Assembly (NCBI GenBank): GCA_039679545.1
Contig: JBDKUT010000055.1
Location: 1-22,715, forward strand
DNA: 22,715 nucleotides
Direction: 5' to 3'
Origin: Thermotogota bacterium
GTDB taxonomy: Bacteria > Bipolaricaulota > Bipolaricaulia > UBA7950 > UBA9294
The translations under genes were made by a program, and so were the position numbers. This document shows, piece by piece, positions 1-8,218 of the stretch. Under the pieces are notes generated by a model. That model was not told the origin of the DNA. It did no database searches and was given only the letters and a program-made list of their open reading frames with translations. The first letter of the stretch is position 1. Each line of letters opens with the position of its first letter.

Positions 1-1
1 G

Positions 2-868
2 ATCCGCGAGCGCGACGCGCTCGCGAACAAGACGTCGCGCACCGAGACGGAGGAGAAGGCCCTCACGACCTTCAAGCAGCAGGCCGCCGACCTGTACGCC
101 ACCACCGTCGCCCGGTATGAAGACGGGCTCAAGAACGGCGGCGGACTCGACATCGACATCAAGCTGGGCAACGCACACCTCGCAATGGGGAAGGTCGCCG
201 ACGCCGAGCGCGAGTTCCACTCAGTGATCGTGCGCTCTCCGTACCGTGCCGACGCCTACGAAGGAATGGGCAACGTCGACCTCGCCAAAGGCCAGACGGC
301 GGACGCTCTCACGCAGTTCCGCACGGCCCTCTCGCGCTCATTCGATACGCAGCAGCGAGAACGGCTGGCGACGCAGATCGTCTCCCTGGACCCCACGGAC
401 GCAGACTCGCTGTCCCGACTGGCCAAGATCTACGCCGAGCAGTACAAGTGGAGCGCAGCGGTGCGGGAGTACGCGAAGCTGATCGAGCTCAAGCCCACGA
501 TGGAGGACGCCTACCTCGGTATCGCCGAGGCGTATCGCTGGAGAACCGAGTACGACTCAGCCATTGACTACCTCAACCGCGGTCTTGCTCGCGTCGACCG
601 CGACGCGGCGAAGGTCAAGCTGTACGACTCGATCGTGACGACCGTGCAGGCCGAGGTGGGGCAGGGCAAGCCGCTCTCGCCGGTCGGGCTCGACGCGCTG
701 ATCGAGTCGGCCAAGATTCAGCTTGCCCGCGGGAACACGTCGGACGCGCTCGCGCGCCTTGAGAAGGTCCGCACGGCGGACGCCAAGTACCGAGCGGACG
801 AAGTCGGTACGTTGATCGTCCAAGCCGGTGGTACTCCGGCCGGTGGCCCAGCGGGGAGCACGCCGTAG
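2..868 (+). CDS. Tetratricopeptide repeat (TPR) protein, 5'-truncated by the window edge
   Basis: Frame is open from base 2 (IRERDALANK...LGNAHLAMGK). It has repeated TPR-like helices (AYEGMGNVDLAKGQTADAL; LSRLAKIYAEQYKWSAAVREY; AYLGIAEAYRWRTEYDSAI). Stop TAG at 866-868. Confidence 0.85.
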   Translation: MRERDALANKTSRTETEEKALTTFKQQAADLYATTVARYEDGLKNGGGLDIDIKLGNAHLAMGKVADAEREFHSVIVRSPYRADAYEGMGNVDLAKGQTADALTQFRTALSRSFDTQQRERLATQIVSLDPTDADSLSRLAKIYAEQYKWSAAVREYAKLIELKPTMEDAYLGIAEAYRWRTEYDSAIDYLNRGLARVDRDAAKVKLYDSIVTTVQAEVGQGKPLSPVGLDALIESAKIQLARGNTSDALARLEKVRTADAKYRADEVGTLIVQAGGTPAGGPAGSTP

Positions 869-869
869 G

Positions 870-1475
870 ATGAGCCAACGGCTCACCCGCCTCGTCGATC
901 TGATCGGTCGGTTGCGCGATCCCGAAGGCGGCTGCCCCTGGGATCGCGCGCAGGATCACCGAACGCTTCGTCCTTACGTGGTTGAGGAGGCGTACGAGGT
1001 CGTTGCCGCTATTGACAGCGACGATCCGCACGAGCTCAAGTCCGAGCTCGGTGACCTTCTTCTTCAGGTTCTCCTTCACAGCCGAATCGCCGAAGAGGCG
1101 GGGGAGTTCACCCTGGACGACGTGATGGAGGGGTTGGCGGAGAAGCTCGAGCGCCGACACCCGCACGTGTTCGGAGACGCGCCGTCCGACCTTTCGTCGA
1201 TTCGAACGCGATGGGATGCGATCAAGGCGTCCGAGCCAAGGCGACAAAAGGCTGAGCTGCCTCCACTTCTCGCAGCGCGCAAGCTCGTCTCCTCGCTTCC
1301 CGAAGGTGCGTCCGTCGAAGATCTCCTCGATCCCGTCGACGACGAAGAGCGGGCAGGTCTCGAGCTCCTCGCCGCGGTGGCGCGCGCGTGGGAAAGCGGT
1401 GTCGATCCCGAGATCGCCCTGCGGAAGGTTGTCGATGCCGTACGCGTTCGCTCGGGGGACCCGCATGGCCGGTAA
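870..1475 (+). CDS. mazG: MazG-family nucleoside triphosphate pyrophosphohydrolase (short form)
   Basis: RLRDPEGGCPWD, EEAYE, ELGDLLLQVLLHS and KLERRHPHVFG are MazG signatures. ATG at 870 lies 1 nt after the upstream stop. The C-terminal domain looks shortened. Confidence 0.9.
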   Translation: MSQRLTRLVDLIGRLRDPEGGCPWDRAQDHRTLRPYVVEEAYEVVAAIDSDDPHELKSELGDLLLQVLLHSRIAEEAGEFTLDDVMEGLAEKLERRHPHVFGDAPSDLSSIRTRWDAIKASEPRRQKAELPPLLAARKLVSSLPEGASVEDLLDPVDDEERAGLELLAAVARAWESGVDPEIALRKVVDAVRVRSGDPHGR

Positions 1476-1737
1476 GCGATTCTGCGGCGCCGCGGTCTAT
1501 TGGATTGCAACCACCGAAGAGGAGATCCACTTCGTCGACGCCATCGTCAGTGCCCACGACGGCCTTGCGACCGTCCGGCGGGAGTTCAAGCTCCAGGACG
1601 GCTCTGCGATGTACAAGGTCTACGTCGCGGAAGGCATGGAGGACGAGTTCCTCGAGGTCATGGATCGTCTGAAGGCGCACGCCCAGATCGGCGCCGTGCT
1701 GCGGGGAGGCGAAGATGGGCCTGCTCAGAGCGCATGA
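1465..1737 (+). CDS. Small conserved protein, DUF4911-like
   Basis: MAGKRF...EEIHFVDAIVSAHDGLATVRR resembles the DUF4911 pattern (I..l..i.EaydGlatvr). It overlaps both neighbours and has host-like codon usage. Confidence 0.6.
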   Translation: MAGKRFCGAAVYWIATTEEEIHFVDAIVSAHDGLATVRREFKLQDGSAMYKVYVAEGMEDEFLEVMDRLKAHAQIGAVLRGGEDGPAQSA

Positions 1738-2143
1738 GGTTGCGCACTCGATCTTCGACGTCGACTACTCCCGTCTCTGGGCGAGCGGGAAGCGGGCCGT
1801 GATCTTCGACCTCGACAACACCCTCGGCGAGCGGAGGGCCAGCAAGCTGCGTCCCGACGTGCGCAAGCTCCTCGACGACCTCCGCGCCCGCGGCTTCCGC
1901 GTCGGCGTGTTGACGAACCGCCGCTGGCGGAGCGTGGAGACCCTCATCGTGGAGCTCGGACCGGAAATGCCCCTCGTGCGAATGGCCCACAAGCCTTCGC
2001 GAAAGGGCTACGCCACACTCCTCGCTCGGCTCGGGGTCTCGGCCGCCGAGACCGTCATGATCGGCGACCGCACGTTGACCGACGTCTTTGGCGCCAATCG
2101 GTGCGGGATCCATTCGATCCGCGTCTCCGGCTTCTCGTCCTAG
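1715..2143 (+). CDS. YqeG-family HAD IIIA phosphatase
   Basis: HAD motif I FDLDNTL, motif II LTN, HKP, and motif IV MIGDRTLTDVFGANR. Confidence 0.88.
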   Translation: MGLLRAHEVAHSIFDVDYSRLWASGKRAVIFDLDNTLGERRASKLRPDVRKLLDDLRARGFRVGVLTNRRWRSVETLIVELGPEMPLVRMAHKPSRKGYATLLARLGVSAAETVMIGDRTLTDVFGANRCGIHSIRVSGFSS

Positions 2144-2167
2144 GCCGTCCTCCCTACGCGGCGCGGG

Positions 2168-2196
2168 TTGGTGGCTCCTGCGGCGTCGGCTATCAT
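2168..2196 (+). promoter_or_regulatory. Possible sigma70-type promoter for argF and the downstream cit/aconitase genes
   Basis: TTGGTG (2168-2173), 17-nt spacer, TATCAT (2191-2196) in the first real intergenic gap. Confidence 0.35.
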
Positions 2197-2255
2197 CCCA
2201 CCGTCCGGGGACGTCCCGGAAGCCACGTCAGGACGTGCAGGAGGGTCGGCCGACG

Positions 2256-3167
2256 ATGAACGCCCATCACTTGATTTCGCTCGCAAGTCTCAGCTCGGAA
2301 GAGGTCTTCGAGATCCTCGAGACCGCCCGGAACCTCAAGCTCGAACACCGTGCCGGGATTCGCCACACGATGCTCGCGGGGAAGACTCTGGCGATGGTGT
2401 TCCAGAAGCCGTCCCTGCGGACGCGCGTCTCCTTCGAAGCGGGGATGGAGCAGCTCGGCGGCCACGCGATCTACCTCGGCCCGAGCGACATCAAGCTTGG
2501 GGAGCGCGAGACGACCGAGGATATCGCCCTCAACCTGTCGCGGTTTGTCGACGGGATCATGGCACGCGTGTTCAAGCACGACACGATTCTCGAGCTGGCC
2601 GAGCACTCGACGGTGCCCGTGATCAACGGCCTGTGCGACCTCCACCACCCGTGCCAAGGGCTGGCGGACCTCCTGACCGTGTGGGAGAAAAAGCGCGACT
2701 TCGAGGGACTGACGCTCACCTTCGTCGGCGACGGGAACAACGTCGCCCACTCGCTCATTGAGGGGTGCGCCAAGGTCGGCATGGGGTTCCGCATCGCCTG
2801 CCCGAAGGGGTACGAGCCGGACGCGAAGATCGTCGCCGCGGCGCGTGCGCTGGGCGCTTCCGTCGAGGTCCTCCACGATCCGCGCGAGGCCGCGTCGGGA
2901 GCCGACGTCCTCTACACGGACGTCTGGGTGAGCATGGGGCAGGAGACGGAGGCGAAGTCGAAGCAGAACGCGTTCGAGGGATTCACGATCGACAAGAAGC
3001 TCCTCGGTGCGGCGAAGAAGGACGCGATCGTCATGCACTGCCTGCCGGCGCACTACGACGAGGAGATCACCTACGAGGCCTCGCGGAGCCCGGGCAGCGC
3101 GATCTTCGACCAGGCCGAGAACCGGATGCACGCGCAGAAGGCGGTCCTGGCTCTTCTGATGAAGTAG
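2256..3167 (+). CDS. argF: Ornithine carbamoyltransferase
   Basis: Carbamoyl-phosphate motif FQKPSLRTRVSFE, HPCQ, GDGNNVA, ornithine loop YTDVWVSMGQE, HCLPA and QAENRMH. RBS AGGAGG precedes ATG 2256. Confidence 0.95.
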   Translation: MNAHHLISLASLSSEEVFEILETARNLKLEHRAGIRHTMLAGKTLAMVFQKPSLRTRVSFEAGMEQLGGHAIYLGPSDIKLGERETTEDIALNLSRFVDGIMARVFKHDTILELAEHSTVPVINGLCDLHHPCQGLADLLTVWEKKRDFEGLTLTFVGDGNNVAHSLIEGCAKVGMGFRIACPKGYEPDAKIVAAARALGASVEVLHDPREAASGADVLYTDVWVSMGQETEAKSKQNAFEGFTIDKKLLGAAKKDAIVMHCLPAHYDEEITYEASRSPGSAIFDQAENRMHAQKAVLALLMK

Positions 3168-3189
3168 GGACGTGGGACAAGGAGGGACG

Positions 3190-4356
3190 ATGGAGGCTCG
3201 AGTCGGGTCGGATGCGAAAGCAGACTGCCTCGTCGTAGCCCGACAAGCAGAGCGGGCGTCCGTGGCGGTCGCCACGAAGAACCGGAACCTCCTGGAGACC
3301 GGGATTCGCGCGGTCGCCGAAGGCGTACTCGACGCGCTCGGGAAGCCCGGCGTCGTGGTGGAGGTGCAGGATCAAGGAGCCCTCGACTACGTCCTCGCCG
3401 CGCGGATCGAGGCCGCCGTCCGAATGGTGCTCCCGGAGACGAAGCTGACCCGCACGGAGCAGGTCGAACGGGCGATGTCCGATCCCGCCCGGCCGCGCCG
3501 CAGTCGGCTCTACGCGCCGGGAAACAACCCGCGCCTTCTCGTCGGAATCGACATCCACGGTGCCGACTGCGTCCTCCTCGACCTCGAGGACTCCGTGCCA
3601 CCCGGAGACAAAACCGCGGCACGCGTGCTTGTGCGGCGTCTCCTCGCCGCCGTTCCCTTCCCTGACGAAGTGTGGGTCCGCATCAATCCGCTCGATGCCG
3701 GCGGGCGTGAGGATCTGTCCGAGGTGCTCGAAGGACGGCCGCACGGGGTCTGCCTGCCGAAGGCCGAGAGTGGCGAGGGCGTCCGCGAGCTCGCGGAGGA
3801 GCTCGGGAAGGTCGAGCGGCGACTTGGCTTCGGCGTCGGCTCGACGCACATCATGCCGATCATCGAGACGGCACGCGGCGTCCTCCGCTGCGAGGATGTG
3901 GCGGAGGCCGACGAGCGCGTTGTCGTTGTTGCGTTCGGTGCCGAAGACTACACCCGCGATGTGGGGGCCCGCAGGACGGACGATGCGCTCCTCTTCGCGC
4001 GGTCGCGCGTCGTGGCCGCCGCCAAGGCGGCCGGCGTCCAAGCTTCGGACACCGTGTACGCCGACCTCTCCAACGACGCCGGCCTGGCCGACGAGTGTGC
4101 CCGAGCCCGCGACCTCGGGTTCGACGGCAAGGGTGCGATCAACCCTCGACAGATTCCGATCCTCCATCGTGCCTTCTCGCCGAGCGAGGATGAGCTCGCG
4201 AAGGCGCGGGCGATCGTCGAGGCGGCGCGCGAGGCCGAAACCCGCGGGCTGGGCGCCGTCGCCGTCGACGGACGGATGGTCGATCAGCCTGTCCTCGAGC
4301 GGGCGCGACGGCTGATCAAGTACGCCGAGACGCTCGCAAACGGAGGTGCGGCATGA
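3190..4356 (+). CDS. citE: Fusion of a degenerate citrate-lyase ACP (CitD/gamma-like) domain and citryl-CoA/ACP lyase (CitE/beta)
   Basis: The first ~80 aa match the CitD pattern (VEVQDQGALDYVLAARIEAAV). The rest matches CitE (RRSRLYAPGNNP, DLEDSV, VRIN, LPKAE, FGAEDY, DTVYAD, LGFDGKGAINPRQI). RBS GGAGG precedes ATG 3190. Confidence 0.88.
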   Translation: MEARVGSDAKADCLVVARQAERASVAVATKNRNLLETGIRAVAEGVLDALGKPGVVVEVQDQGALDYVLAARIEAAVRMVLPETKLTRTEQVERAMSDPARPRRSRLYAPGNNPRLLVGIDIHGADCVLLDLEDSVPPGDKTAARVLVRRLLAAVPFPDEVWVRINPLDAGGREDLSEVLEGRPHGVCLPKAESGEGVRELAEELGKVERRLGFGVGSTHIMPIIETARGVLRCEDVAEADERVVVVAFGAEDYTRDVGARRTDDALLFARSRVVAAAKAAGVQASDTVYADLSNDAGLADECARARDLGFDGKGAINPRQIPILHRAFSPSEDELAKARAIVEAAREAETRGLGAVAVDGRMVDQPVLERARRLIKYAETLANGGAA

Positions 4357-5900
4357 CCCGGAACGCCCTAGGACGCGAGATTCCCGGCAAGATCGGAAGC
4401 CGGAAGGCGGTCCCATTCGGTGGAGCGTTCGCCAAGGTCTCGACGGGAACCAAGGCGCCGCGGCCGCAGAAGGTTGCTCCGCAGCACGAGGACAAGGTCC
4501 TCCCGTCGATCGAAGCGGCGATCGAGGCGTGCGGCCTCTCGAACGGGATGACGATCTCGTTCCACCACTCGTTCCGCGAGGGCGACCGCGTCATCAACCT
4601 CGTCCTTGACGCGTGCGCACGCATGGGGCTGAAGGATCTACGGATCTGCCCGACGGCCCTGTTCGGGATCCACGAGCCCATCGTCGGGCACATCGAGTCC
4701 GGCGTCGTGTCGCGGATCGAAGGGTCGATGAACGGCCCCGTCGGCGCGTTCATCAGCAAGGGCGGAAAGCTGCGGGAGCCGGCGGTCCTCCGCTCGCACG
4801 GGGGGCGCTGGCGGGCGATCGAAGCGGGGACGATGGAGATCGACGTCGCGTTCATCGCCGCGCCGCAGGCGGATCCGTACGGGAACGCGACCGGCATCCG
4901 CGGCAAGACCCCGTGCGGACCCATCGCGTTCCAGGCCGTCGACGCCCAGTACGCGCGGAAGACGGTCGTCGTGACCAACGACCTTGCGCCTTACCCCGAT
5001 TTCCCGATGGAGATCCAGCAAGGGTGGACCGACTATGTGGTCGTCGTCGACGAGATCGGCGACCCGGCGTCGATCACCTCGGGGACGCTGCAGCTCACGA
5101 ATTCGCCGACGAACCTCCTCATCGCGCGGCTCACGGTGGAGGCCGTGAAGGCGTCGGGGTACTTCAAGGACGGGTTCAGCTTCCAGGGCGGGGCCGGAGG
5201 TCTGTCGCTCGCGGCGACGAAGTTCCTCGGCGACGAGATGGAGAAGGCGAAGATCGTCGGCTCCTTCGGGATGGGCGGCGGAACGAAGATGCTCGTCGAC
5301 ATGCTGCGGCGCGGCCAGATCCGCGCCATCCTCGACGGGCAGGCGTTCGACCTCGACGCGATCGCCTCGCTCCGCGAGGACCCGGCGCACGTGATGATGG
5401 ATCCGGGGATGTACGCGAACTACGACTCGCGCGGGTGCTCGACCTACAAGCTCGACGCCGCCTTCCTTGGGGCGACCGAAGTCGACCTCGACTTCAACGT
5501 CAACGTGAACACCCATTCCGACGGGCAGCTCTTGCACGGGATCGGCGGCCATCAGGACGTCGCAGCCGGCGCGGCGATGACAATGATCACGCTCCCCGCG
5601 CTGCGCGGGCGAATCCCGCCGATCGTCGACCGGGTGACCACCGTGACGACGCCGGGCGAGGTCATCGACGTGGTCGTCACCGAGCGAGGGCTTGCCGTGA
5701 ACCCGTGTCGCGGGGACCTTCGCGAGCGCTTCCGGGCCGCGGGACTCCCCGTGCGGGAGCTTGGGGACATCAAGCGGGACGCGGACCGGTACATTCAGCC
5801 GGTGCGCCGCCCTGTGTTCGGGGACGAGGTCATCGCCGCGATCGAATGGCGGGACGGGACCGTGATCGACGTGGTGCGAAAGGTGGAAGGATGGCAGTGA
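4353..5900 (+). CDS. citF: Citrate lyase alpha subunit / citrate CoA-transferase
   Basis: GMTISFHHSFREGD, LRSHGGR, SGYFKDGFSFQGGAGG, GATEVDLDFNVNV, TTPGEVIDVVVTERG and WRDGTVIDVV. ATGA overlap with citE. Confidence 0.93.
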   Translation: MTRNALGREIPGKIGSRKAVPFGGAFAKVSTGTKAPRPQKVAPQHEDKVLPSIEAAIEACGLSNGMTISFHHSFREGDRVINLVLDACARMGLKDLRICPTALFGIHEPIVGHIESGVVSRIEGSMNGPVGAFISKGGKLREPAVLRSHGGRWRAIEAGTMEIDVAFIAAPQADPYGNATGIRGKTPCGPIAFQAVDAQYARKTVVVTNDLAPYPDFPMEIQQGWTDYVVVVDEIGDPASITSGTLQLTNSPTNLLIARLTVEAVKASGYFKDGFSFQGGAGGLSLAATKFLGDEMEKAKIVGSFGMGGGTKMLVDMLRRGQIRAILDGQAFDLDAIASLREDPAHVMMDPGMYANYDSRGCSTYKLDAAFLGATEVDLDFNVNVNTHSDGQLLHGIGGHQDVAAGAAMTMITLPALRGRIPPIVDRVTTVTTPGEVIDVVVTERGLAVNPCRGDLRERFRAAGLPVRELGDIKRDADRYIQPVRRPVFGDEVIAAIEWRDGTVIDVVRKVEGWQ

Positions 5901-6427
5901 GAGACGAGATCCAGAAGATCCTACCGGAAGTTGACGAGATCAGAGACAAGACCCTGCGCGACAAGGTGCTCGCGACGTGGGAGACGGGGCTCGCCCGCGG
6001 CGGCTGGAAGCCCGCCGACATCGCCCGCATCCCGTTCACGCTTCTAAAGCCGGTGAAGATCAGCTTCGTCGACCACGTGCGCAGCGTGACCAAGATCTGC
6101 ATCGCGGTCTCCGAAACGTTTGACGAGATCTACAAGGGGGAGCTGAAGCTCAACCGCGACATCCTGATTGCCGGCGCGCTGCTCCACGACGTGGGCAAGC
6201 TGCTCGAGATCCAGGAGAAGGACGGCAAGTTCGGGAAATCAAAGGACGGGACCCTCGTGCGGCACCCGTTCTCCGGGCTCGCCCTCGCTGACGCGCAGGG
6301 ACTTCCCGCCGAGGTTCTCCACATCATCGGCTGCCACTCCAAAGAGGGCGACCACGGGAAGCGGACGGCCGAGGCGATCATCCTTCATCTGGCCGACTTC
6401 ATGAACTTCGATCCGTTGGAGGGATAA
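5891..6427 (+). CDS. HD (HDIG-type) metal-dependent phosphohydrolase domain protein
   Basis: H...GALLHDVGK...RHPFSG...HIIGCHSKEG...EAIILHLAD. Start at ATG 5891 or GTG 5897, overlapping the citF end. It is the 3' part of the 4613..6427 track ORF. Confidence 0.88.
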   Translation: MAVRDEIQKILPEVDEIRDKTLRDKVLATWETGLARGGWKPADIARIPFTLLKPVKISFVDHVRSVTKICIAVSETFDEIYKGELKLNRDILIAGALLHDVGKLLEIQEKDGKFGKSKDGTLVRHPFSGLALADAQGLPAEVLHIIGCHSKEGDHGKRTAEAIILHLADFMNFDPLEG

Positions 6428-6432
6428 GGCGC

Positions 6433-7704
6433 ATGGGACAGACGTTCGCCCAGAAAGTGTTGGCGAAGAAGTCGGGGCTGCCGCGGGTTCTTGTCGGGCA
6501 GATCGTCGACGTCGAGCCCGACGTCTGCATGTCGCACGACAACACCGCGGCCATCGCGAAGACATTCGCCAAGATCGGCGTCGAGCGCGTCAAGAACCCG
6601 GAGCGGTTCGTCGTCATCCTCGACCACACCGTGCCCGCCTCGACCGAGGAGTACGCGAAGGGTCACAAGGAGATCCGCGAGTTCGTCGCGAAGCAAGGGA
6701 TCACGGCGTTCTACGACGTCGGCGTCGGCGTCTGCCACCAGGTGCTCCCCGAGATGGGGTACGCGCTCCCCGGTCGCCTCATTGTCGGTTCGGACTCGCA
6801 CACCACGGCGTACGGGGCGCTCGGCGCCTTCTCCGTCGGTGTCGGCCGCTCGGAGATGGCCGCGCTTTACGCCACGTCGCGCATCTGGCTCAAGACCCCG
6901 GCGTCGTTCAAGATTGACGTTCGCGGGAAGCTGAGGGAGCCGCTGACGTCGAAGGACCTCGTCCTCAAGATCATCGGCGACATCGGCGCCGACGGAGCAC
7001 TCTACAAGTCCGTGGAGTTGGCCGGCGAGGCGATCGAGGCGATGAGCGTCGCCTCGCGCCTCGTCCTCTCGAACATGGCGATCGAGATGGGCGCGAAGAA
7101 CGGCTACTGCGCGCCCGACAAGAAGACGTTTGCCTTTCTCGAGCCGCGCGCCCAGGCGGAGTACACGCCCATCTACCCCGACCCCGATGCCGAGTATGAG
7201 AAGGTGCTCACCTACGACGCGTCGAAGCTGGGGCCTCAGGTCGCGAAGCCGCACACCGTCGACAACGTCGCCCCCGTCGAGGAGGTTGAGGGGACGAAGA
7301 TCGACCAAGCGCTTCTCGGGACGTGTACGAACGGCCGGCTCGAGGACCTGCACCTGGCGGCCCGGTACTTGGAGGGCAGGAAGCTTGCGAAGGGCGTCCG
7401 CATGATCGTCCTTCCCGCGTCGCGCGAGGTCCTGTTGGATGCCATGCGCGAGGGACTGGTCGAGATCTTCCTTCGCGCCGGCGCGATGGTCCTGAACCCC
7501 GGCTGCGGCCCGTGCCTCGGCGCGCATCAGGGCGTGCTTGCCGCGGGCGAGGTCTGCATCTCCACCGCGAACCGGAACTTCCAGGGCCGCATGGGGTCGA
7601 ACGAGGCGGCGACGTACCTCGCGTCGCCGGCGACCGTCGCCGCGTCCGCCGTGGCCGGTGTGATCGCCGATCCGAGGAAAGCCGTTCGTGGAGGTGGCGC
7701 ATGA
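6433..7704 (+). CDS. Aconitase-family dehydratase large subunit (LeuC/HacA type, homoaconitase-like)
   Basis: MSHDN, DH, GVCHQ, GSDSHT, Fe-S ligands GTCTNGR and PGCGPCLG, and STANRNFQGRMG. Confidence 0.93.
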   Translation: MGQTFAQKVLAKKSGLPRVLVGQIVDVEPDVCMSHDNTAAIAKTFAKIGVERVKNPERFVVILDHTVPASTEEYAKGHKEIREFVAKQGITAFYDVGVGVCHQVLPEMGYALPGRLIVGSDSHTTAYGALGAFSVGVGRSEMAALYATSRIWLKTPASFKIDVRGKLREPLTSKDLVLKIIGDIGADGALYKSVELAGEAIEAMSVASRLVLSNMAIEMGAKNGYCAPDKKTFAFLEPRAQAEYTPIYPDPDAEYEKVLTYDASKLGPQVAKPHTVDNVAPVEEVEGTKIDQALLGTCTNGRLEDLHLAARYLEGRKLAKGVRMIVLPASREVLLDAMREGLVEIFLRAGAMVLNPGCGPCLGAHQGVLAAGEVCISTANRNFQGRMGSNEAATYLASPATVAASAVAGVIADPRKAVRGGGA

Positions 7705-8192
7705 TCGAGGGGAAGGTCTGGAAGTACGGTGACGACGTCAACACCGACGTCATCTTCGCCGGCAAGTACACCTACAAGCCGATGACCCCGGCCGAGATGG
7801 CCGAGCACGCGCTCGAGGACCTCGACCCGACGTTCGCCAAGGGCGTGAAGCCCGGGGACCTCATCGTCGCCGGCGCGAACTTCGGCTGCGGCTCGTCGCG
7901 CGAGCAGGCGGCCACGTGCGTCAAGGCGTCGGGGGTCGCCGCCGTTATCGCCGTCTCGTTCTCGCGGATCTTCTTCCGGAACGCCATCAACGAGGGCCTG
8001 CCGGTCGTCGAACTCGCGTCGGGGACGTCGATGATCGCCAAGGACGACACCGTCCGAATCGACTTCGACAAGGGCGTCGTTACGCACAAAGGGAAGGAGT
8101 ACCGCTTCCCGGCGCTGCCGAAGGAAGTCCTCGCCATCCTGAACGACGGCGGCCTCATCCCGCACGTGAAGAAGACGCTCGCCAAACTGTAG
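7701..8192 (+). CDS. Aconitase-family dehydratase small subunit (LeuD/HacB type)
   Basis: GDDVNTDVIFAGKYTY, NFGCGSSREQA and SFSRIFFRNAINEG. ATGA overlap with the large subunit and RBS GGAGGT. Confidence 0.93.
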   Translation: MIEGKVWKYGDDVNTDVIFAGKYTYKPMTPAEMAEHALEDLDPTFAKGVKPGDLIVAGANFGCGSSREQAATCVKASGVAAVIAVSFSRIFFRNAINEGLPVVELASGTSMIAKDDTVRIDFDKGVVTHKGKEYRFPALPKEVLAILNDGGLIPHVKKTLAKL

Positions 8193-8218
8193 GGTCTGGC
8201 AAGGACCAGGCCCAGCGC

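Noticed and set aside
2256..3167. SLRT instead of STRT suggesting N-acetylornithine or putrescine carbamoyltransferase
   Set aside because: The DVWVSMG ornithine loop, HPCQ and HCLPA fit an ordinary OTCase, and SLRT is a variant I recall from genuine ArgF proteins.
2193..7527. Long antisense and alternate-frame ORFs (2193..3275, 3067..4416, 4638..5552, 6385..7527, and the 5' part of 4613..6427)
   Set aside because: They are shadow ORFs expected from high-GC codon bias opposite well-supported genes. They are Arg/Pro-rich and show no motifs.
6433..8192. Assigning leuC/leuD symbols
   Set aside because: There is no leucine-pathway context and the specificity motifs point elsewhere, so the symbols were withheld.
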